Assembly: GCF_964194155.1 (NCBI RefSeq)
Contig: NW_027596508.1
Span: 186,001-250,000, forward strand
Direction: 5' to 3'
Source of the DNA: Cetorhinus maximus
Taxonomy: Eukaryota
DNA: 64,000 nt
Shown here in pieces: positions 1 through 12,506 of this stretch. The notes beneath the pieces are model-generated. The model saw only the letters and a program-made list of their open reading frames with translations. It was not told the DNA's origin and searched no databases. A program made the position numbers and the translations under genes. Position 1 is the first letter of the stretch; each line of letters starts with the position of its first letter.

Positions 1-221
1 ATTTGTGAGAGCAGGGTTCCTTCTTTATGGGTCAATGCCTGGTACTATATGTGAGGATGAGGGTCTGTATCAGGCAGTGGTACAGAATGTGAATGTGGGA
101 ATCAATCTGTGTCTATCAGACCCCATTACTGACAGGGGAAGTGGGATTAATTCTGTATCTGAATGTCTCTGTTATTCTTACTATTATTCAGACATTCGGG
201 TTAGAGGATGATTTGCTTCCA

Positions 222-245
222 CTCTCTCTCTCTCTCTCTCTCTCT
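222..245. repeat. (CT)n microsatellite
   Basis: 12 CT units. Confidence 0.9.
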
Positions 246-797
246 GAACAGAGTCAGTGTCTGATTGCACGACAGTGCTGCAGCACCCAGCTACTGCAGA
301 GCAAGGACTTGGAACATTTTACAACAATTTCCTGCCATCCAGAAACAATTCACTGCTCCATGAATGGGACTGAGTGACAGAGCAGGGAGTTCTGTACAGT
401 TCGAATTACTACCCACACTCGGGATCCACTTTTGTTTTTATTTGTTTACGGGCTGTAGGAGTCGCTGACAAGGCCAGAATCTGTTGCCTCGCTCTAATTA
501 CCCTTCAGATCAGGCCCTGCTTCAGTTGCTGCTTTTAATTTTCTGTTTTTTCGTAATGACAATTAATTGAAACAAATGCGTTGGTCTATTTTGTATTTGC
601 AACCTCACCTCTCTTTGAATTATTATAAATACCTTTTTCTTCCTACAGGCAAAAGTTTGATAGTAGCTGAATCGAAATAGTGATTCCGTGACAAAAGGAG
701 AAGTGCAGCCAGCATCTTCTCACACAGTAAGTACAGTATCACTCACAGAGAGCAGAGACACCAGTTCCACAAGCACCAACAGCACAGTAAGAAAAGA

Positions 798-993
798 GCA
801 AAATAGTGCAGATGCTGGAAATCTGAAAGAAAAATAGAAAATGCTGGAAAAACTCAGCAGGTCTAACCGCATCTATGGAGAGAAAGACAGAGTTAACGTT
901 TAAGAGTCATACAGACATGAAAGGTAAACTCTGTCTTTCTCTCCACAGATGCTGTTCGACCTCCTGAGTTTTCCAGAATGTTCCGTTTTTGTT
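798..993. mobile_element. Palindromic non-autonomous Penelope-derived element (centre partly deleted)
   Basis: Inverted arms GGAGAGAAAGACAGAGTT / AACTCTGTCTTTCTCTCC. Confidence 0.75.
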
Positions 994-2559
994 AGCACTA
1001 TGGTAGACTGGCAGTGAGCCCAAGTCTCAGGAATGTATATTCATTCAAACAGAGCAGGAGAGTGCGTGAACCAGATGGGTTTTTTATCAACATGACTTTC
1101 AAGGTTTTTTTGAATTATATGTCACTAGTAGCTGTGGTGGGATTTGATCCCTCGCCTCCATAACATTATCCTGAGGGGGCCCTGATGTTTCTTGACACGA
1201 TAGGTGAGGAGAGGATGGTTCCTCTTGGAGGAGAATCTAGAACTCGTGGTCACTGTTTAAAAATAAAGGGTCGTCCATTTAAGACAGAGATGAGGAGATT
1301 TTTTTCTCGCTGAGGGTCTTGAGTCTTTGGAACTCTCTTCCTCAAAAGAGGGTGGAAGTGGATTCTCTGAATACTTTTAAAGCAGGGGTAGACTCATGAA
1401 AGCAAGTGGGTGAGAGGTTATCGAGGGTAGACAGGAATGTGGAGTTGAGGTTACAATCAGATCAACCATGACCTTATTGAATGGTGGAGCAAACTCGAGG
1501 AGCCGAGTGGCCTATTCCTGCTCTTTGTTCCTTCTGTTCTTATGTTCATTAACCTGGAACTCTAGATTCCCGCTACGCCACCATCTCCACTATTAAAACT
1601 GCCACCGAAACCAAACTGCCGCTGTTTAAAAAGTGCCCGTCCTATTTCTCATCTGGTGCCTGCAATAGCTGCTCCTTGTCTGACTCCCCACGTCCCGACT
1701 GTCCGGCTCTGTTCAAACTCTTCACTGTCCAATATCAACAAACCTGGGGAGTGGGAACTCAACCAAGAATATTCACTGCTGCTTTGTGGGGAGAAAGCAG
1801 CAATTATTTTCAATAACAGCTTCTTGCCATTTTGTCTCCCTCCTCCCAGGAGGCTGCTGTTTGTTCCATTCCCCCAGGACTGAGGTCACTCCATTGGCGG
1901 CTCTTCCTGTCCCAGGTGGAGCTGGGGGAGAGCAGCGCCCATGCGCTCTTCCGCTCCCACCCATTGAGCTCTGGTGGGTCAGAATGACGCAGAATTCTAC
2001 AACATTCCGTGAAACAATTTTGTTTTGAAACGTTCTCCAATTCATTTATATCCGAGATCAGCAAAAGATGTGGAGCTCCTGAGAAAGGGAACGATGAAAT
2101 AAGAATTTCTGCTTGAGATCTTTCTGTGCAGCCTGTTTGCTGTTCAGGGGCCCGTCATCACAAAGCAATCCTGCAGAATCACTGGAGGAAGCCGGTAGTC
2201 GTGGTGTTTGCTAGGACCGTGCAGGAGTTAATATCTGTCATGAACTCTCCCAGATTCATTCAATCCGAGTGAAACACTCACTGAGAGTGATACCCAATGG
2301 CCCTGAGCTGCAGGGAGTACAAAAAGGAACCGAGGGTTAAACATGGGCCACTGTTTCTCACTCACTGACACTGTCATAGAGACAGAGAGACATAGAGTCA
2401 TGGAGACATTGCTGCTCAGAAGGAGGCCATACGGCCCATCCAGTCTGACTGTCTGTAGAATAATCCAGTCAGGCCCATTCTCCTGCTCCATTCCTGCAAC
2501 TTTATTTCCCAATTTCCATTTGTAATCACCATCTCCGTTTCCACAATGCCCAGAGGGAT

Positions 2560-3110
2560 CAAGATCCAGGTCATTACCTAGAATGTAACAAATTTCTTGC
2601 ACACATCCCCCCTGTACATCTTGTCTTATATTTTAAATCCGTGCTGCCTATTCCTTCTGCTCTCACCTAATGGGAACAGCTTTCCTTTGTCTACCTGATC
2701 TAAACCTGTTATAATCCTGTACACCTCTCTCAGACCTCCCGTCAATCTCGGTTGCTTCAAGGAGAGCAGCTCCGGATTCCGCAAACAAACCTTGCAGCTA
2801 TCATCCCTCATGCCTAGAACTATTCTAGGAAATCTCCTTTACACTCTCTCAAAGACTCTCACATCCTTCCAAAAACGTGGTGACCAGACATGTAGGCAAT
2901 ACTCTAGTTGCAGCCTAACCAGAGCTTTATAAATGTTAAATATAACGTTCCTGCTTCTATGCTCAGTACCTCTGTTGTTGAAACCAAAGATCCCATTTGC
3001 TTTCTGAAATACACCCTCAAAATCTCCTGTCACCTTCAAAGATATAAAGATTCTTGGTCCCTCTGACCTTGCACAATTTTTAGAACTGGACCATTGTGTT
3101 CATACTGCCT
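2560..3110 (-). mobile_element. CR1 LINE 3' fragment
   Basis: YKALVRLQLEYC..WSP and RLTGGLREVYRI motifs. Confidence 0.82.
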
Positions 3111-3388
3111 CATTTCTGTTAAAATACAGCATTATTCCTGTGTGTGGGATTAATGATGTGTCTGTGCTACAATATCATTAAGATCTGAGACTGCAGCTTC
3201 TGCCTCTTCATGAGAATCTTTCTGGATAACACCAGAATTTACAAGGATTTCTGCAACTGATGCATTGTCTGTGTCTCACCGCCCTCACTCACTCTGTCTC
3301 TGTCTATCCCTCCACCCCCTCTCTCTTGAACTCCACATGAAGGTGCGATACTGTTGTTTAGTGACTGAGTGCACACAGTCTATCTTCA

Positions 3389-6012
3389 AATCACAGAATC
3401 ACAGAATCACAGTGCAGAAGAAGCCCTTTGGCCCATCGAGTCTGCACCGACACGTGAGAAACACCTGACCTACCTACCTAATCCCATTTACCAGCACTTG
3501 GCCCATAGCCTTGTATGTTATGACGTGCCAAGTGCTCACCCAGGTACTTTTTAACGGAAGTGAGGCAACCCGCCTCCACCACCCTCCCAGGCAGTGCATT
3601 GCAGACCATCACCACACTCTGGGTAAAAATGTTTTTCCTCACATCCCCCCTAAACCTCCTGCCCCTCACCTTGTACTTATGCCCCCTTGTGACTGACCCT
3701 TCCTCAAAGGGGAAAAGCTGCTCCCTGTCTATGCCCCTCATAATCTTGTACACCTTGATCAGGTCGCCCTGCAGTCTTCTCTGCTCCAACGAAAACAACC
3801 CAAGTCTATCCTACCTCCCTTCATAACTTAAAAGTTTCATCCCAGGCACCATCATGGTGAATCTCCTCTGCACCCCCTCCAGTGTAATCACATCGTTCCT
3901 ATAATGTGGCGACAAGAAATGCATAGTGGCCTCACCAAGGTTCTATGCAACTCCAACATGACCTCCCTACTTTTGTAATCTATGCCTCGATTGATAAAGG
4001 CAAGTGACCCATATGCCTTTTTCACCAACCCACTAACATGCCCCTCCGCCTTCAGAGATCTATGGACACACACGCCAAGGGCACTTTGTTCCTCAGAACT
4101 TCCTAGTGCCATGCTACTCATTGAATACTTTGTTGTAAAATTACTCCATCCAAAGTTTATCACCTCACACTTTTCAGGTTTAAATTCCAACTGCCACTTA
4201 TCTGCCCATTTGACCATCCCATCTATATCTTCCTGTAGCCCAAGACACTCAACCTCACTGTTAACCACCCGGCCAATCTTTGTGTCATCCGCAAACTTAA
4301 TAATCCTACCCCCCACATAGTCATCTATGTCGTTTATATAAATGACAAACAATAGGGGACAGAGCACAGATCGTTGTGGTACGCCACTGGACACTGGCTT
4401 CCAGTCACTAAAGCATTCTTCTGTCATCACCCTCTGCCTCCTTCAACTAAGCCAATTTTGAATCCACCTTATCAAGTTACCCTGTTTCCCATGTGCCTTT
4501 GCCTTCTTTATAAGTCACCCATGTGGGACCTTGTCAAAGGCTTTGCTGAAATCCATATGAACTACATCAACTGCACTACCCTCATCTACACACCTGGTCA
4601 CCTCCTCAAATAATTCAATCAAATTTGTTAGGCATGACCTCCCTCTGACAAAGCCATGCTGACTATCGCTGATCAAAACTTGCCTCTGCAAGTGGAGGCA
4701 GATACTCTCCTTCAGAAATTTCTCCAATAGTTTCCCTACCACTGACGCGATACTCACTGGCCTGTTGTTCCCTGGTGTATCTCTACAACCCTTCTTAAAT
4801 AGCAGAACCGCATTAGCTGTTCTCCAGTCCTCTGGCACCTTCCCCGTGGCCAGAGAGGAATTAAAATTTGGGTCCGAGCCCTGTGATCTCCTCCCTTGCC
4901 ACCCTCAGCAGTCTGGGACACAAATCATCCGAACCTGGAGATTGATCCACTTTTGAACCTGCCAACACCACCAATACCTTGTCAATCGCTATATCAATTT
5001 GGTTAAGTACCTCGCAGTCTTTCTTCCCGAGTTCGATACATTCATCCTCATTCTCTTGGGTGAAGACGGACGTGAAGTATACATTCAAAACTCTAGTGAT
5101 GTCCTCTGGCTCCACCCATGTAATGCCCACTTGATCCCATATACTATTTCCCTGGTTATCCTCTTCCCATTGAAATACTTATTGAATATCTTGGGATTTT
5201 CCCTTCTTTTACCAGCCAGAGCTCTCTCATATCCCCTATTTGCTCTCCTAATTGCTTTCTTAAGGTCCACACTGCACTGTCTGTACTCCACTAATGCCTC
5301 TGCTGATTTGCATCCCTTGTACCTGCTAAAAGCCTCTATTTTCTATCTCATCTTAACCTGAATATCTCTGGTCATCTATGGTTCTCTGGGTTTGTTACTA
5401 CTTCCTATCACCCTAAAGGGAACATATTGAACCTGTACCCTCCCCGTTTCCTTTATGAACACCCCCCACTGTTCCTCTGCAGATTTTCCCACAAGTGACT
5501 GTTCCCAGTCTATCTTGGCCAGATCTTGCCTTATTTTACTAAAATCCACTCTCCCCCAATCCAAAACATTTTTTTGCAACTTTTCGATTTCTTTGTCCAT
5601 AACAAACTTAAACTGTACCATGTTGTGGTCGCTATCACTAAAATGCTCGCCCACCACTACCTCAGCCACCTGTCCAGCTTCATTCCCCAGAATTAGGTCC
5701 AGCAATGCACCGTCCCTTATTGGACCCACTACATATTGACCTAAAACGTTCTCTTGTACACATTTCAAGAAATGCACTCCATCCAAGTCCTTAACACTCT
5801 GTCTATCCCAATTAATGTTGGGAAAGTTGAAATCACCTAATATAATCACCCTATTGTCATTGTTTTTACCCACCTCCAAAAATTGTGCACATATTTGCTC
5901 CTCAATTTCCCGCTGACTATTTGGGGGTCTATAATAAACACCTAATAATGTGGTTGCCCCTTTTTTATTCCTAAACTCTACCCACAAAGTTTTATTCGAT
6001 GCCCCCTCCAAT
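3389..6012 (-). mobile_element. CR1 LINE ORF2 (APE endonuclease + RT), 5'-truncated, decayed
   Basis: GVYYRPP, GDFN, SDHN, QHGF, DFSKAFDKV, FADDTK; 3' (GATTCTGT)n tail at ~3390-3412. Confidence 0.93.
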
Positions 6013-6278
6013 GATCAAAAGTAAGTTTTCCTGTGAACAAGAGAATAATTTAAACCAGTTATGGGTTAACACAGGCACAGCTGTGATTGGCTGCAACCTC
6101 CTGAGTCTGGGGAACAGACACTGTGAGCAGCTCCGGTCTCAGAAGGTTTAACAGTTACTGAGCTGGGAAACAACAACTAGTTCCAAATAATCCACAGCAC
6201 AGGCCGAGAGGAGAGGAAAGCCTGTCCTGGGAGCTGTAAATCTGAGACACAGTTTGTCCTGTCAACGTGTAGATATGA

Positions 6279-8272
6279 ACAAAAATAAAAATACCTGGAA
6301 AAACTCAGCAGGTCTGGCAGCATCTGCAGAGATGAACACAGTTAACGTTTCGAGTCCGTATGACTCTTCAACTAAGAACTAAGTAAAAACAGAAAAGAGG
6401 TGAAATATAAGCTGGTTTAAGGGAGAGGGGATGTGGGACAGGTAGAGCTGGATAGAGGGCCATTGATAGGTGGAGATAGCCAAAAAATGTCATAGACAAA
6501 AGGTCAAAGAGGTGTTGAAGGTGGTGATATTATGTAAGGAATGTGCTAATTAAGGATAGAAAGCAGGACAAGCAAGGTACAGATAGCCCTCGTGCGGGTG
6601 GGGTGAAGGGAAGGGATCGAAATAGGTTAAAAGGTAGAGATAAAACAATGGACGGAAATACATTTAAAAATAATGGAAATAGGTGGGAAAAGAAAAATCT
6701 ATATAAATTATTGGGGAATAAAAACAGGGATCGGAAAGGGGTTGGGGATGGAGGAGAGAGTTCATGATCTAAAATTGATGAACTCAATATTCATTCCAGA
6801 AGACTGTAAAGTGCCCAATCCGAAGATGAGGTGATATTGCTCCAGTTTGCGTTGAGTTTCACTGGAACAATGCAGCAGGCCAAGGACGGACATGTAGGCA
6901 TGAGAGCAGGGTGGAGTGTTGAAATGGCAAGCGACAGGGAGGTCTGGCTCATGCTTGCGGACAGACCGAAGGTATTCTGCAAAGTGGTCACCCAGTCTGC
7001 GTTTGGTCTCTCCAATGTAGAGGAAACCGCATTGGGAGCAACGAATGCAGTAAACTAAATTGAGGGAAGTGCAAGGGAAATGCTGCTTCATTTGAAAGGA
7101 ATGTTTGGGCCCTTGGATGGTGAGGAGAGGATAAGTAAAGGCGCACGTGTTGCACCTTCTGCAGTTGCATGGGAAGGCGTCGTGGGAGGGGGTTGATGGA
7201 GGAGTGGACCAGGGTGTCCCGGATGGAACGATCCCTGTGGAATGCCACCAGCGGGGGGGTGAATGGAAGATGTGTTTGGTGGTGGCATCATGCTGGAGTT
7301 GGCGAAAATGGCGGAGGCTGATCCTTTGAATGCGCAGGCTGGGGGGGTAATAAGTGAGGACAAGTGGGACCCTATCATGGTTCTGGCCGGGAGAGGAAGG
7401 TGTGAGGGTGGATGCGCGGGAGATGGGCCGGACACAGTTGAGGGCCCTGTCCACCACCGTGGGTGGAAAACCTCGGTTAAGGAAGAAGGAAGACATGTCA
7501 GAGGAACTGTTTTTGAAAGTGGCATCAGAACAGATGCGACGGAGGCGAAGGAACTGAGAGAATGGGATGGAGTCTTTACAGGAAGCGGGGTGTGAGGAGC
7601 TGTAGTCGAGGTATCTGTGGGAGTCGATAGGCTTGTGATGAATATTGGTGGACAATCTATCACCAGAAATTGAGACAGAGAGGTTAAGGAAGGGAAGGGA
7701 AGTGTCAGAGATGGACCATGTGAAAATGATGGCGGGGTGGAAATTGGAAGCAAAATTAATAAATTTTTCCAAGTCCAGAGGAGAGCATGAAGCAGCAACG
7801 AAGGAATCATCGATGTACCATAGAAAAAGTTGTGGGAGGGGACCGGAGTAGGACTGGAACAAGGAATGTTCCACATACCCCATAAAGAGACAGGCATAGC
7901 TGGGCCCCACGCGGGAACCCATAGCCAAACCTTTTATTAGGAGGAAGTGAGAGGAGTTTAAGGAGAAATTGTTCAGTGTGAGAACAAGTTCAGCCAGACG
8001 GAGGAGAGTAGTGGTGGATGGGGATTGTTCGGGCCACTGTTCGAGGAAGAAGCGGAGAGCTATCAGAACATCCTGGTTGGGGGATGGAGGTGTAGAGGGA
8101 TTGGGCGTCCATGGTGAAGAGGAGGCGTTTGGGGTCAGGGAACTAGAAATTGTTGATATGATGTAGGGTGTCAGAGGAATCACGGATGTCGGTGGGAAGG
8201 GACTGGACAAGGGGAGAGAGAATGGAGTCAAGATAGCAAGAAATGAGTTCCGTGGGGCAGGAACAGGCTGAC
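6279..8272 (-). mobile_element. Penelope-like retroelement, 5'-truncated (RT + GIY-YIG endonuclease + terminal repeat)
   Basis: ORF 6762-8231 has GLAMGS, YIDD, CRRCNTC and NLVYCIRC..LYIGET motifs, frameshifted; terminal repeat matches 15787-16327. Confidence 0.92.
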
Positions 8273-8684
8273 AGTGACATTGTATCAGCGAGAGTGTGTT
8301 GAAGGGGCGGGCGGGTTAGACTAATGTCACTGTGTTTGTGTGTCCGGCCTCAGCGCCAGGTTTCCGAGTCATTCTTGTGTAAAATCACAAGATTTCCCTG
8401 TAATTGGATCGCGCTGCTCCCCTGCTCAGCCCTGAAGAGAGAATTTAAGGCAAAGTTTTCATTTATTTCAAGATTTCAGTGGAAACACAGAGAAGAAGTC
8501 AGCGCTCGGCTGAGAGGGCGCGATCAAAGCAGCAAAGAAACGGGTTTAAATCGAAATTGCTGCATTTAATTCGGATGGAACATTCTCGACAACAAAGATT
8601 CGGATTTTGTTAACAGAAGGAAGCGAGTGTGGGAATCTGAAATGTCTAATTTGAAGTGGAATTGGGGAGTTTATGAGGAGAGAG

Positions 8685-8691
8685 AAACACA
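8685..8691 (+). promoter_or_regulatory. H1-box (AC box) candidate
   Basis: AAACACA ~150 bp upstream of the H1 ATG. Confidence 0.55.
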
Positions 8692-8835
8692 GAGAGGCTG
8701 GAGGAGCCGGGAGCTGACAGCAGGTTGTCTCTGCCCCGTCCGCTCTCTGTGTTTAAGTTGCTCTGAGCCGCCACCACTGCTTTCATTTCTGATCCAGTTC
8801 TGACTGTCAGAGAGATTTTCCACACAGTCTCGGAT

Positions 8836-9504
8836 ATGACTGATACTGCAGCCGCCGAAACGGCTCCTCCAGCCGCCACCGCTCAAGTCAAACCTCCCAA
8901 GAAGAAGAAGGCGGCTTCCCGATCGAAGGCAGCCGGTCCCAAGTTAGGCGAACAGATCCTCAAGATTGTGGCGGGTTGCAGCGATCGCAAGGGGATGTCC
9001 CTGGCCGCGATAAAGAAAGCTTTGTCTGGCAGCGGTGTCGATGTGGGGAAGCTCGGCTCCCAGATCAGGCTAAGTATCAGGAGGAAGGTGGAGAGCGGCT
9101 CCCTGGTGCAGGTAAAGGGACAGGGCGCCTCCGGCTCCTTCAAAATCCCTAAGAAGGAATCCCAGGGGAAAGTGGGAAAGAAGGAGAAGAAACCAACAGC
9201 CAAGAAATCTTTAGTAAAGAAACCAGCGGCCAAGAAGGTGAAAACAAAGAAACCAGCAGCTAAGAAATCTCCAGCCAGGAAAGTAGCAGCCAAGAAATCC
9301 CCAGCGAAGAAAGCAACAGTCAAGAAAACAAGCAGCAAGAAGGCGGCAACTCCAAAAAAGGCGGTGAAGAAAGCAGCGCTGAAGAAAAAATCTCCCGTCA
9401 AGAAGGTCACGGGCGGAAAGGCTTTAAAAAAAGTGGATAAATCGAAGGCCAAACCCAAAGTGAAAGCAGCAAAGGCTAAGAAAGCAGCGCCAGGAAAGAA
9501 GTGA
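8836..9504 (+). CDS. H1: Histone H1 (linker histone, replication-dependent type), 222 aa
   Basis: Globular domain ending VQVKGQGASGSFK, Lys/Ala/Pro-rich C-tail with SPxK/TPKK motifs, intronless, 3' stem-loop at 9541. Confidence 0.97.
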   Translation: MTDTAAAETAPPAATAQVKPPKKKKAASRSKAAGPKLGEQILKIVAGCSDRKGMSLAAIKKALSGSGVDVGKLGSQIRLSIRRKVESGSLVQVKGQGASGSFKIPKKESQGKVGKKEKKPTAKKSLVKKPAAKKVKTKKPAAKKSPARKVAAKKSPAKKATVKKTSSKKAATPKKAVKKAALKKKSPVKKVTGGKALKKVDKSKAKPKVKAAKAKKAAPGKK

Positions 9505-9540
9505 AACCAGCCGAGCAAATTGTAAACCTCTGAACACAAA

Positions 9541-9556
9541 GGCTCTTCTCAGAGCC
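9541..9556 (+). terminator. Histone 3' stem-loop of H1, with U7 HDE-like AAAGAGCTG at ~9573
   Basis: GGCTCT-TCTC-AGAGCC preceded by CAAA. Confidence 0.95.
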
Positions 9557-10324
9557 GCCCACGTCTCTCAGGAAAGAGCTGATCCCCGAATCAAATGTCC
9601 CTCTCCCGGCGCTGGGAGCAGGTTTCACACTGAAATGATTTATATTAAATTGAAAATTCCCGGTATCTCACTGACATGCACTATACCCATCCCCTCCCCC
9701 ACTCTGTAATAAAACAGCGGGGTCCGTGCCCCATTGTAACTGGGGATTTGTGCAGCTGCTCTGTCAGTTTCTGCTCCTTCCCTTTTCACAGATTCAGGGT
9801 GTGTGTAAGACAGTTACCCGGGCGGAGAAACCCCGCGTTACAACTCAAAGCCCAACACATGAGTTTGTCTAATTCAGCTGGAGTGAGGTGTCGGTAAACT
9901 GCTGAACCCGCCTGGAGGGGAGGTGTGTGGGGATAGAACAGAAGCTGGGAGTGAAGTGGAAATAGGCGGATTTGACAGCATATAGTGTATGTACTTGGGC
10001 GGGAATATTACTGAATTTTAATTGTAAAGCTCTTTATTTAAAAGTTGCGGGTTTTTAGAACCGTTTAATTTGAAGCTCCAATCTATAAGCTTTGTGCCGA
10101 GCGCTGTGTTAACTTCCATTGTCGATAATTTAAAAACAAAGTCGTTTCTAGCAGGGAGGAGGCGGAGTTGGATTATCATAGACATTCCTCTGTTCTGTCT
10201 GTCACTCAGTCTCCTCCCCGCCCCGCCTCTCACTCTCTGCCCCTTTCTCAGTCAGGTCGGGGCGGGCTGTATAAAAGAAGAACCGAAACAGCTGATTTCT
10301 CATATTCTGCAGCGCTCTGAGTGA

Positions 10325-10645
<321 letters not shown>

Positions 10646-10680
10646 ACAACTCGACTCTCTCTACCAAACACAACAACAAA

Positions 10681-10696
10681 GGCTCTTTTCAGAGCC
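10681..10696 (+). terminator. Histone 3' stem-loop of H4
   Basis: GGCTCTTTTCAGAGCC followed by ACCCA and a purine-rich HDE. Confidence 0.97.
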
Positions 10697-11519
10697 ACCC
10701 ACCGCCTCACAGAGAGAGCAGAAACCTGGGAGCGGGAGCTGGGATGGGCTGTGATCGGGAATGTTAGTGTCTGATTTGTTCTGGCGGGGAATGTACTGAG
10801 AATCTCAGTTTGCTCGTTGTTTATTTACCCGGATGGCACATTCTGTACTGACACTGAAAAGTCTCTCCACTGCTTCACATTTCCGAAAGGTTTTGTTCTA
10901 GATGAATAATGGGTCGGATAGTAATGACAGGATCCGGCGGTTCCTCTGACATCAGCCGTTCAATCCGTCAGTGGAGTTGAGGTTACAATCAGATCAACCA
11001 TAATCTCACTGAATGGCGGAACAGGCTCGATGGACTGAGTGGCCTCCTCCTCCTATTCCCAATATTCGCACGGATGTCCGTCAAGACTCAGACCGGAAAC
11101 AGGGGGAGCTTCGAGCCGCTCCCGTTCCCGCTCTTTATCGGAATGAACAGCCCAGAATGAGGGCAATGGGAAGGGGTCTGATGCCCCCAGCACCGTTTCG
11201 ATTTTATTACCCATTCCAGCCCTCTAAGCGAGCGGCGATTTTAAAGGTTGGTTGTGCTGTATGGAGCAATGTTCAATTATTATTATATTAACAATTCAGT
11301 TATTGCCTGGGAAACTCAGCACTGACTTTACACAGTTCAAACAACAGACTGGTGTTTCTGTCCAAAAATGAGCAGATTCACCAGGATGATGCGGGGTTTA
11401 CAAATTGCCGGGTCAGGTTACATGAACTGGAATTTCATTGGGGTTAGGAAATAGTGAGTGAGTGTGAAAAATGGTATTTATAATTTTCAAAAAAGGGAAG
11501 AACGAAGTCTATTGTCGAG

Positions 11520-11770
11520 ACGGGAAACGGCTGTAAAAAAAGGCGGAATTTTTAAATGGACAATTAAAAACAACTCGACCAATGAGGACCTGAGCTGCCA
11601 GGGATTAATTCATTGGTTCGATTTTGGACGCAACTGCCTGGGCGTAAGGCTGCAGCCAATTACTGTTCGGGGCGGTTCCTCACAGAGTCTAAAAAGGCGG
11701 ATTGTCGAGCAGATTGTATTAATAGTCCTTGTAACTCTGACTGGTGAATCTGTTCAGAAAATGGTCAGGA
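11520..11770 (+). pseudogene. H3 promoter, 5' UTR and first 3 codons only (body deleted)
   Basis: Colinear with the reverse complement of 62394-62650, the intact H3 upstream region and ATGGCCAGGA; here ATGGTCAGGA. Confidence 0.92.
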
Positions 11771-11878
11771 GTAACTCTCCTTCCTCGACTTTCGCCGCTT
11801 CTTGCCGCCCTTTGCTACCGGTTTCTTTAAGGCTTTCTTGGCTCCCTTCTTGGGAGCTGGTTTCTTCTCATCAACCAT
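11765..11878 (-). pseudogene. Truncated H2B: N-terminal tail only, [37 protein letters not shown] (37 aa)
   Basis: Near-identical to the 5' end of H2B at 59090; stop TGA supplied by the fused H3 sequence; H2B promoter lies at 11880-12070. Confidence 0.93.
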
Positions 11879-12506
11879 CTTCAGTTTCAGACACAGAAAT
11901 AAACCAAACCCCTTCCGAGCGCCGATTAAATAGACAGTCTCCCAGATCTATGTTAATGAAGGATTGGGAAAAGATGACTCTGAATGGACAGTTTAAAGGC
12001 GGAACCAGCCTCTAAGTATATAATTTCAGGATTGGATATGGAAACAGGCCAATCAGATTGTGATTTCTCGCCCCCACTCCTCCTCCCGACCCGTCATCAG
12101 CCCATTTACTTTGGTCAGGAAATACATTTTACAAAGACTCTCTCCAGCCCCAGTTCCACAGTGTTTTACTATACATCGGGGAATGTCGCCTGATTGTTTT
12201 GCGAGGGTCCGTTCTCCACAGAGAGAGACTATACGGGAAAGCGGGATGCCATCTGTAACAGAGAGCCCCTGATAATATGTGCGAGTGTGGGATTTACTCA
12301 CTCTGATACTGTGAATGAGTTTGGGATTTATTCACTGTTTGTAAGGCCGTGCTACAGTGAGAGAGTCTGGGATTCATTCTGTGCTTGTCAGTCTCTGGGA
12401 CTGAAAGTGATTGTTGCTGTCGTTCTGTGTCTGACTGTGATAGTGTTTGAGACTCATTGTGCATCTGTCAGTTAGCGGTGCCTGTGAGTGAGTGGGGCTT
12501 TCATTC

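Noticed and set aside
6762-8231. 489-aa ORF (and 458-aa ORF at 14158) as intact genes
   Set aside because: Frameshifted Penelope RT/GIY-YIG remnants; not intact or evidently domesticated
8883-9539. 218-aa Phe-rich ORF antisense to H1, and antisense ORFs over H4, H2A, H2B and H3
   Set aside because: Shadow frames caused by histone codon bias; no independent promoter or protein motif
11458-11760. Upstream part of the 185-aa ORF
   Set aside because: GTG start running through the H3 promoter; only the part from ATG 11761 could be translated
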